Part shown: one piece after another, positions 1-8,525 of the stretch
Position numbering within the stretch: position 1 is the stretch's first letter
Layout of the letters: each line of letters starts with the position of its first letter
Assembly (NCBI GenBank): GCA_977017575.1
Contig: CDRNVI010000217.1
Span: 1-18,712, forward strand
Source: Paramoeba atlantica
Lineage: Eukaryota; Protista; Discosea
Length of the DNA: 18,712 bases
Direction of reading: 5' to 3'
Notes under the pieces: generated by a model
Told to the model about the DNA's origin: nothing
Databases searched by the model: none
Seen by the model: only the letters and a program-made list of their open reading frames with translations
Position numbers and translations under genes: made by a program

Positions 1-160
1 CTCCCTTCCCTCTCTTTTTCTCTCCCCTTTTCTCTCCTCTCTCTCTCCCCTCCCTCTCTCCCCTCCCTCTCTCCCCTCCCTCTCTCCCCTCTCTCCCCTC
101 TCTCCCCTCTTTCCCTCCTCTCTCCCCTCTCTCCCCTCTCTCCCTTCCCTCTCTCCCCTC
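1..160. repeat. CT-rich homopyrimidine microsatellite (intron of the cullin gene)
   Basis: Almost pure C/T on the + strand with CTCTCCC-like units. It is followed by an A-rich tract and the acceptor AAAACAG at 187-193. Confidence 0.85.
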
Positions 161-193
161 AAAAAAAAACAAAAAAAAACAAAAATAAAACAG

Positions 194-1424
194 AAGAAAA
201 AGAGCTGAAAACAACACTCCAAAGCCTAGCATGCGCAAAAGTAAGACCATTACTCAAGACCCCGAAAAGTAGAGACATTTCTCTTTCTGATAAGTTTGTT
301 TTGAATCGTAATTTTAAGCATCAGTTGTTTCGGATTAAGATTAATCAGATTCAAATTAAAGAGACGGTTTTGTTTTCTTTTTGGTGTTGGGGGGGGAGAG
401 AGAGGAGAGAGAGGAGAGAGAGGAGAGAGAGGAGAGGGAGGAGAGAGAGGAGAGAGAGGAGAGAGAGGAGAGAGAGGAGAGAGAGGAGAGAGAGGAGAGA
501 GGAGAGAGAGGAGAGAAAGGGGGAGAGAAAAAGAGTAGAGGTTTAGTTTATTTTATTTTAATGATTTAGTTAATTGAGTATTTCTTTTTTGTAGAAAGCG
601 GAAAGAGAGAAAACAAATGAGTCAATTGAGAGCAGTCGACAATATCAGGTTTGATTTATTTATTTTTTTTTATTTATATTTATTTTTATTTATTTATTTT
701 TATTTTTATTTATTTATTTATTTTTTATTTCTTTTTATTTTTTATTTCTTTTTATTTATTTAAAAATATCTATTTATTTATCATTTTAAAAATTATTAAA
801 TTATAATTTATTTATTTATTTATTAGTATTTTTTGTTCTCTTGATATCTTTCTTTTTCTCTCTCCTTCTCTTCTCTCTCTCTTCCCTCTCTCTTCTCTCT
901 CTTCCCTCTCTCTTCTAAAAATAAAAAAATTAGATTGATGCGGCTGTTGTGCGAGTGATGAAAACAAGAAAAACTTCGACTCACAATTCTTTGATGTCTG
1001 AGATGTATAAACAATTGAAATTTCCTCTCCAAGTTTTCTTTCTTTCTCTCTTTCTCTCTTTCTCTCTTTTCTCTCTTCTCTCTTTTCTCTCTTCTCTCTC
1101 TCTTCTCTCTTCTTTCTCTCTCTTTCCCTCTTTTCTCTCTTCTCTTCCTCTCTCATTCTCTCTCTCCTTTTCTTTAGGCACAAGCAATTAAAAAGAGAAT
1201 TGAAAATTTAATTGAAAGAGAATACATGGAACGAGATCCTGATAACCCTCAAGTTTTTTCCTTTCTTTTTCTTTTGATTTATTTTCTTTTTCTTTTTTTT
1301 TTTCTTTTTTATTTTTTTTTTTTATTTTTTTTATTATTTTTTATTTTATTATTTTGTTCAAATTTTCAGTTTTTTTATTTTAATTTTTATTTTTTTTTCT
1401 CAGATTTACAAATACATTGCATAA
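194..1424 (+). CDS. CUL4: Cullin-4, 3' part (5'-partial; exons 194-366, 595-648, 934-1032, 1178-1252, 1404-1424)
   Basis: The spliced translation [139 protein letters not shown] is the cullin C-terminal winged-helix/neddylation region. [18 protein letters not shown] and QLKFP match CUL4 specifically. All four introns are GT-AG and phase 0. Confidence 0.93.
397..520. repeat. ~9-bp purine tandem repeat (GAGAGAGGA)n in cullin intron 367-594
   Basis: Directly visible tandem array. It produces the spurious ERR and ERE ORFs at 301..546 and 381..569. Confidence 0.9.
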
Positions 1425-1531
1425 AAAAACACACTTTTCATTCGAACGAAACAAATTAAAATAAAGATCAAAAATAAAAAAAAAAATCTTTTTTTTTCAA
1501 ATTTTCTCTTTTATTATTATTATTTTCTTTA

Positions 1532-1570
1532 TTTATTATAATTCTTTATTATAATTCTTTATTATAATTC
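1532..1570 (-). repeat. Three perfect 13-bp copies of GAATTATAATAAA (minus strand) spanning the SEC23-like stop codon
   Basis: The + strand reads tttattataattc at 1532-1544, 1545-1557 and 1558-1570. The first minus-strand copy contains the stop codon TAA (1564-1562). Confidence 0.9.
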
Positions 1571-4339
1571 TTCTCCTGATTCGACATAAGTTTTTAAAAC
1601 ACCAAGACATTTTTCAATAAAGAGGGGGTATGATAGACTGAAGAAATGAGTGGTTTTAAAAAGATTGAAAAGAAATGAAGAGAGAAGAGAGGAGAAGAGA
1701 GAGAAGAGAAGAGAAGAGAAGAGAAGAGAGAAAATTGAAAAAAGAAAAAACGAAAAAAAAACCTTTCCCCAAAATCTCTTGATTCGTCTTCCAAAAGAAA
1801 AACAGACAAAATATCATCTCCTCCAGATTTTTGAGAAGAGAGAAAAGAAGAAGAAGAGAGAGAAGAAGAAGAAGAGAGAGAAGAAGAAGATGATGATGAA
1901 GAAGGAGGAGAAGAAGAAGAAGGAGGAGAGAGAGAAGGAGGAGAAGAGGTGGAGAGAGAAGAAGAGAGAGAGGGGGGAGAAGGAGATGAGAGAGAAGAAG
2001 AGAGAGAAGAAGAAGATGATGAAGGAGAAGAAGGAGAAGAAGGAGAGAGAGAAGGAGGAGAAGGAGAAGAGAGAGAAGAAGAGAGAGAAGAAGAAGAAGA
2101 AGATTGATTTGATATTGCGATGTATGAAATGTGGGGTGTTATATTTCTCTCTTTTTTTGCTCTTTGTATTGCGTTTTGCAGTAAACTGGGGATTTGGGAA
2201 AAAAGAGAGAGAAAGGAGAAAAAGAAAAAAGGAAAGAAAAGAAAGAAAAGAAGAGAAAGAGATTAAGAAAGATAAAAATATGAGAAAGGGAAGAGAGAAA
2301 AGAGAGAAAAAATAAAGAAAAAAAGAAAACATAAAAATAAAAAACCTATTTGGAGGAGGGGGAAAAGGAAATTGTTTTCTTCCATCTTCAGTAAAAAATA
2401 TAAGAATCTATTTTAAATCAAAAAATGATTATTAAAAATAAAAAATAAAGATTAATAAGAATCTCTCTCTCTCCTCTCTCTCTTTCTTTCTTTTTTTCTC
2501 TCTTCTCTTCTCTCTCTTCTCTTTCTCTCCTCTCTTTCTCTCCTCTCTTTCTAACCTGAGTATACCCATCAACAACATAAATCGGTTTCGAATCAAAATT
2601 TGAAAGCGAAAGAGGAAAGAAAGGAGAAGAGATAACATCAGGACCCCCAAAAGAAGAGAGAGATGGATAGACAAGTTGCCGAAAATCTGGAGAGGAGAGA
2701 GAGAAGAAAGAGAGAGGAGGAGGCAGAGAGAAGAAGAGAAGAGAAGAGAAGAAAGAGGAAAGAAGTGAGAAAAAGAAGAGAAGGAGAGACGAAAAGAAAG
2801 GAAAGAAAGAAAAGAAAGAAACCAGAAGGGTCGAGAGTACAAATTTGAACTCTTAATTCTTCCCATAAATCTTGAAAAAAAGCAAAATCCTGAGAGAGAG
2901 AAAAAGGAACTTGTTGAGAAAAGCAGACAAGAAAGAAAAGAAAAGAGAGAAAGAAGAAAGAAGAGAAACGAGAGAGAGAATGGAGAGAGAGAATGGAGAG
3001 AGAAGAACAGAGAGAGAGACCTCAGAGCGATAAGAACCAGAAAAAAGAGAACTCGAAAATTTTGAAGAAAATTGTTTTCTCCTAAAAAAAAATTAATTAA
3101 TTTAATTTTTTAATCTTTTTCATTTTCATTTTTTTTCTGTGTTTCATTTTCTTTATCTGTCTCTCTTTCTCTCTTCTCTTTCTAAAGAAATCCAAACCCA
3201 ATCGCAGGTGTCAAGAAACGAGAATAGAGAGCATAAATAAATCTATTTAAAAAGAATAAGAAAAAAGAAAGGAAAGAAAGAGAGAAAAGAGAGAAAGAGG
3301 AGAGAGACCTCGGAAAATATTGCATATTCGAGTATTTGTGAAATGAAAGTTCTGTTTTAAGAAAGAATTAAAAAATATTTAGAAAAAAGGAAAAAGAATA
3401 AAGAAAAGAAAAAATAAAATAAGGGAAAAAGAGAAAGGAGAGAGAGAAGAGAGAGAAGAGAGAGAGAGAAGAGAGAGAGAAACCAAGTTGGGCAATATTC
3501 CTTTTGAGTGTTTGAATCGCTTTTAGTCTCGGAATCTATTTATTAATTTACTAATGAATTTCTTCTTTTTAAAAGAATAAAAAAGAAATGATTCAATAAA
3601 AAAAAATTAAATTTGAAATATTGATAATAAAAAAAACCTGAGATCGATTATATAAATATGAAATTCTCACAAAAGAATCCAATAGCGTTTCTAAAAAAGA
3701 TAAGAATAAAAAGAATAACATTTGAGAAAACAACTCATATTAAATGAGAGAAGAGAGAAATAGAAGAGAGAGAAGAGAAAGAGAGAAGGGAAGAGAAAAG
3801 AGAAAATAGAGAAGAGAGAAGAGAGAAGAGAGAAGAGAGAAGAGAGAAGAGAGAAGAGAGAAGAGAGAAGAGAAGAGAAACCTTTGGCAGAAGAAAACCC
3901 CTCTTCGTCTGCAATTCGAAATAATTTCAGAGTCAAAAAATACAAAATCTGTAAAATAAAATGAGCAAAAGAAAGAGAAAAGAAAACAGAAAAGGATATT
4001 GGAAAGACTCGCGAGAAAAGAGAGGGGAGGAGAAAGAGAGAGGAGAAAGAGAGGAGAGAGAGAGGAGAGAGAGGAGAGAAAGAGGAACCTGCTCTGGATC
4101 TGCAGAAGCAAACAAAAAACGAGGAGAGACAGCCACTTGAAATTTCTTTGTCAAAATTCTCACTCTTTTTTTTCGAATTAAATCTACAAATTTTGAAGAA
4201 GAAAGAGGGGAAAAGAGAAGAGAAGTGAAGTGAGAATTCATGTAAAGTGAAATAAAAAGAAAGATTTTTTTACCAATTTGATCATCCTCTTTCCGAACCT
4301 AAAAAGAAAGAGAAAGAGATAAAAAGTCAGAACCTGAAA

Positions 4340-4372
<33 letters not shown>

Positions 4373-7300
4373 CCTCTTCATACTCAGAATAAGAGTAAGC
4401 AATTTGAAAGGTTGGAGATCGGTTTGAAATTCTCACAAATCCAGAAAAATTATTAAACTAGAGAGAAAGAAAGCGAGAGAGGGAAAATGAGAAGGAATGA
4501 AGAATGAAGAAAAATGGGATATAGAAAGAGAAGAAAGAGAGAGAAGAAAAGAGATAAGAAAAAAGAAAAAAGAAAAAAGAAAAGAGAAAAGAAACTCCAA
4601 ATTCAATCGCAATGACAGACTCGGGGTGACACCCCGCGAGATATAACGTCCCCTCATGCTCTGGATCTTGAGAAAAAGAGAAGAGAATTAAAAGAAAGAG
4701 AAAAGAGAGAGAGAAGGGAGAGAGAGAAGAGAAGAGAGAAAAGAGAGAGAGAGAGGAAGGAGAGAAAACCTTGGAGACAGTTTCCATAGAGACAAGAAGA
4801 AGAATATTCAGAAGAAGTTCGGATTTTTAATGTTCCCCCTCGAGCTCTTTTTCGTGAGGAGAGAAAGAGAGAGAGAGAGAGAAGAAGAAAAAAGTAAATA
4901 GGAGGGAGAGGAAGAGAAGAAAGAAAGAAAGAAGAGGAACCTTCGAGTTTGGAGATGGCGATAAATATCTTGAGCTAAGAGTGCAGATTTAAGTTCATAT
5001 AATCGCAAGATTCCTCCTGGAAAAAGAGAGAAGAAAAGAGAAGAGAAAAAGAAAGAGTTTTCAGTGAACAAAAAAAATTAAAGAAAAAATAAAAAGAACA
5101 ATGAAACAAAACCAGAATACATAGGCAAATACTTCAAACACGCCACCTCCCCTCCCCTGCTCTCTCCTCTCTCTCTTCTCTTTCCCTTCTCTCTCTCCAC
5201 TCTCACTCTCTCTTCATTTAAGAGAGAAAGAGAGGCTTTCTCTTGAAAGAGAAAGAAAATATCTGTGCAAATATCCAAATTGCTTCCCCTCTCTCCTAAA
5301 GAAATGTAGAAAGAAGGGAGAGGGGGAGGTGAGAGAGAAGGAGAGGGAGAAGAGAATGAGGAAGAGAGAGAGTCACTCTCTGTTGGAGCTGTTGGCGGGG
5401 TACTGAGAGAGAGAGAAGAGGAGAAGAGAAGAGGAGAGGAGAAGAGAAGAGGAGAAGAGAAGAGAAGAGAGGAGTTCATTAGAAAAAAAAAAGAGAAAAA
5501 AGGGAAGAAAAGAGAGAAAAAAAAACTCAATGCCAAGACCACCACTCGGAGCTCCACCAAGAAATACAACAATATTTGGAGAAGAAAGAGTTGTTTTCTG
5601 TGATTCAACAAAATCAAACAAAAGTGCCATGACAGAACCAAATGGTCTTTGTGGTTCAGAAGAAGGGAAAGGAGAGGGATGAGAGAGAGAAGTAGGAAGG
5701 AGAGAGGGAGAGAAAGGAGAGGGAGAAGAATTGATTTCTAATTCATAGAGGAGTTCGTCATAGATTTGTTCAATTGTCTCAGAAATTGCTTCTGAGTGTT
5801 CTTCTGGGACAACAAAAACACTATAAAAAGGGGAATAAATAAGAAGAGAAAAAACATAAAGGAGAAGAGAGAAGAGAGAAGAGAGAAGAGAGAAGAGAGA
5901 AGAGAAGAGAGAAGAGAGAAGAGAGAGAGAGAATAGATAAATAACCTAGAAAGGGGGAGCATATCATCAATAGAAATAGGAAAGAGAGGCTGAGGAGCAA
6001 CGGGTATGGACCGATCTCTCATTGGCGACCCTAAGAACTCTTCCATTGGATCTGAAACACTAAAAAAGATCTTTTTAATCAAGGGAAAGAAAGGGAAAGA
6101 AAAAGGGAAAGAAAGAGGGAAAGAGAGAGAAAGAGAGAGAAAGAGAAAGAGAGGAAAGGAAAGTTAGAAAGACATTACTTCTCTTCATCTCTTCGGCCAG
6201 TCAGGGAACAGAGAGGGACACTCACCATGTAAGGAACGGGGCTATCTAAAGCATATACACCCACTGAGAGGAGAGAAAAAGAGTGGTATGAGCAAAGAAA
6301 AAGAAAGAAAAGAGAAGAAAGAAAAGAGAAGAAAGAAAAGAAAATGAGAGAAGGGAAAAAGAGAAAAGCGAACATCGAGAAGTGAAAGTCATAATAGAAA
6401 GGCGACACTTCAAAGGAAGGCTCGCAACCGCAGCTTCTAACCCTTCCTATTTTCATTTTGTCACCTTCTCTTTTCTCTTTCTCTCTCATCTTCTTCTTTC
6501 TTCTTTCCTCTCTGTTTTTCCTTCTTTTTTCTTATACCTTGATTTTGGTGGGGTATTCTTCTGAGATCGCAGAGAGATCTGTTTCAAAACCAATGTCAGG
6601 AAAGAAAAGAAGAGAAGAGAAGGAGAAAAGAAAAGAAGAGAAGAGAAGGGAGAAAAGAAAAGAAGAGAGAACCAACTAAGAGAATATAGACTGGGTAATC
6701 AGCAACATCACAGACAAGATCTGTTTGTTTTGTTTTGATTAAAAAAAAATTAGATGACTTTTGTCTCTCAAAAAAGAAAAGAAAATTGAAGAAAACCTTC
6801 TTCACTTTTAAATTCCATGCAATGATGTGTCGTCTTAAAAAGAAAAAATGGTTCAAACAAAGAGAAAAAGAAACTCGAAAAAAGAGAGGAAGAGAAGAAA
6901 AAAACCTCTGGTAAATCAATAACAAATGACTTTCCTTTATCCTTCTTTCTCTGTTCATACCTCTCTTCTCCTCGATTCTTTTCTCCACATAAAGGACACC
7001 TGAAGAAAAGAGAGAGAACAAAGTTGGAGAAAGAGAGAAAAAGAAGAGAAAAGAAGAAAAGAAAAGAATGAAAAAAAAGACCTCCAAAAAATGAGATCAG
7101 ATTCACCAAGTTCCCCTGTTGAACAGAAAAAATGAGAATAAAAAGAGAAGATCAAAAGAGAAGAATAAAAAGAGAAGAAAGAATAAACAGAGAAGAGAGA
7201 AAAAGGGACCAGCAATTTTTGTCCAACTACAATAGGGATTTATATATCCACGACAATGAAGGCATCTTTTTGAAAGAGAAAGAGAAAGAGGAGAAAGAGA

Positions 7301-7669
7301 AAGAGAAAGAGATGAGAAGAGAAAAGAATGGAGAAAAAGAAAAAAGAGTCAAACCGGCCAAGTTGATTTAGAAAGGGGATATCTTCACCTTTTCAAAAAA
7401 ATGATCAGAAAGAGAAGAATAGAAGAAAGAAAAGAAAAAAGAACCAAATGCAGTCTTCGGAACAGCAAATGGTTTGATCGTAACTCCCCAAGGCAAACCA
7501 CACTCCTGAAAGAGAGAGAAAAAAATCGTAAAATATGAAAAGAGAAAGAAAAAAATAAATAAATAAATAAAAAAACCTCATTCACAGATTCAACTTGAGG
7601 AAACTTGACAAGAGTGGCACCCACCATCTCAGACAAAACACCAACACCACATTTCCCCTCCATCTCCAT
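1562..7669 (-). CDS. SEC23: Divergent Sec23/Sec24-family COPII protein (SEC23D-like), 31 exons, ~953 aa
   Basis: Exons 5'->3': 7669-7577, 7505-7445, 7388-7355, 7265-7210, 7115-7082, 6999-6906, 6833-6797, 6720-6673, 6578-6538, 6446-6374, 6263-6179, 6059-5946, 5820-5527, 5402-5113, 5016-4941, 4846-4770, 4666-4596, 4457-4374, 4298-4274, 4183-4089, 3948-3882, 3690-3638, 3535-3484, 3351-3309, 3242-3198, 3081-3021, 2889-2823, 2686-2556, 2407-2346, 2185-1763, 1637-1562. The total is 2862 nt, all introns are GT-AG and phases are consistent. Motifs: ATLVKFP..CGLPWGVTIKPF; zinc finger RCLHCRGYINPYC...WRCPLC; vWA/trunk PVYILLVDLS, RLSIMTF, VFLGGAP, CLKYLPMYSGGILRLY; LKIRTS; LVYPSLSSF; PIYVVDGYTQ; FPFPPP; KERNITP; FLLEDE. 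These are collinear with my recollection of Arabidopsis SEC23D (At2g27460). A few small exon boundaries could differ. Confidence 0.9.
1836..2100 (-). repeat. Coding TCT/CCT-type microsatellite giving a ~85-aa Ser/Pro/Leu-rich insert in exon 30 of the SEC23-like gene
   Basis: The tract has no minus-strand GT donor (no AC on +). The flanks ITPHISYIAISNQ and QKSGGDDILSVFLLEDE are in the same frame (2184-1809 = 375 nt). Confidence 0.75.
3811..3875. repeat. 7-bp tandem repeat (AGAGAAG)n, intronic
   Basis: Directly visible. A similar array lies near 5865-5920. Confidence 0.85.
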
Positions 7670-7758
7670 TTTTCTCTCAAAAAATTTCTTGAAAAGAAAC
7701 AAGAAAGTGTTTAAAGATTCGCTTTTCAGGCGATTTTTGACCTTCCTTTTCGTAAATC

Positions 7759-7830
7759 GTGGATATGGCGCAATGGTAGCGTGTTGGACTTCGGTTCCAA
7801 AGGTTGCGGGTTCAAGTCCCGTTATCCACT
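7759..7830 (+). tRNA. tRNA-Arg, anticodon TCG, intronless
   Basis: Full cloverleaf: acceptor GTGGATA/TATCCAC, D-stem GCGC/GCGT with loop AATGGTA, anticodon stem TTGGA/TCCAA with loop CTTCGGT, variable loop AGGTT, T-stem GCGGG/CCCGT with loop TTCAAGT, discriminator T. No encoded CCA. Confidence 0.95.
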
Positions 7831-7835
7831 TCAAC

Positions 7836-7845
7836 TTTTTTTTTT
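7836..7845 (+). terminator. RNA polymerase III oligo-dT terminator of the tRNA gene
   Basis: A run of 10 T begins 5 nt after the discriminator base. Confidence 0.85.
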
Positions 7846-8525
7846 CAAAAAAATTTTTTTTTTTTTTTTTTTTTTTTGTTCTGGTTTCCTTGAAAATCGA
7901 TTTCTTCTGTTCTCTCACAGAAGAACACACCTCACCCTTTCTGGACAAGATGTCCTGTTTTCTTCAGTTTGTAGGAAGCGTTTTTCCGGAGAGGGAGAGA
8001 AGAAGAGGAGATTTTAATACTTGAAACAAACTGAAAGGTTTTGAATTTTGGAATTTTCTGAAAAACCTTCCAAGTGATCCTCCTCCTGAAAAATTAAAAA
8101 AGGTGTCCCAACCACCAATTTTGACAAAGAAGCTTTATCTGGATGTTGTTGAATCATCTCAGGCCAGCGCAAGATATTTCCAGTTTTCCCCTTTTTTTGG
8201 GAAACGGAGACTTCCAAGAAAGTCGCAAAAAGATCGCCAAAAGTAGCAAAAATGGTCCCTTTTCTTGCGTTGTGTGAATTTTTTCTTTATTTTTGAATGA
8301 TCCCAAGATTGTCCCATCTTGATTTTGTGGGGGTTTTTCGATCTGCGCTCATCTTTTTTGATTTGTGATTTGAATTCCCAGAAAGCGTCAAGAATTTGGT
8401 CTCTTTTGTCACAAAGGAACTCATTGGTCGTTAGGAGGACCAAATTTAAATTTTCTTGAACTCAGTCCAAACAATCAAAGCTCGGTACCGTGTACTTCGT
8501 TTGAATCTCTTCACCTCTGGTACGA

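Noticed and set aside
1650-2332. Long Lys/Glu/Arg-rich ORF (1650..2315 +) and Phe/Ser-rich ORF (1814..2332 -)
   Set aside because: Both are shadows of GA microsatellites. The real frame is the Ser-rich minus-strand exon flanked by conserved Sec23 motifs.
4617-4640. Short inverted repeat CGGGGTGACACCCCG as a regulatory hairpin
   Set aside because: It lies in a coding exon (LAGCHPES) and is a single short palindrome with no other support.
397-5920. Tandem arrays as CRISPR, telomeric or transposon-terminal repeats
   Set aside because: They have no unique spacers, no telomere-type unit, and no terminal inverted repeats or transposase. They are simple 2-9-bp purine repeats inside introns.
6220-6225. 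Textbook donor ATG|GTGAGT inside exon 11 of the SEC23-like gene
   Set aside because: Using it leaves phase 0, which fits neither downstream acceptor for the conserved ISIDDMLPL frame. The donor at 6178 paired with the acceptor at 6060 keeps the frame.
301-7400. Dozens of 60-190-aa ERE/KRE/FSL ORFs that could pass for small membrane or charged proteins
   Set aside because: They run through intronic homopurine or homopyrimidine tracts and are fully explained by the CUL4 and SEC23-like gene models.
7789-7795. Possible UGA-suppressor tRNA or alternative genetic code
   Set aside because: The anticodon is TCG, not TCA. The modelled exons contain no in-frame stops, Trp is TGG, and genes end in TAA or TAG.
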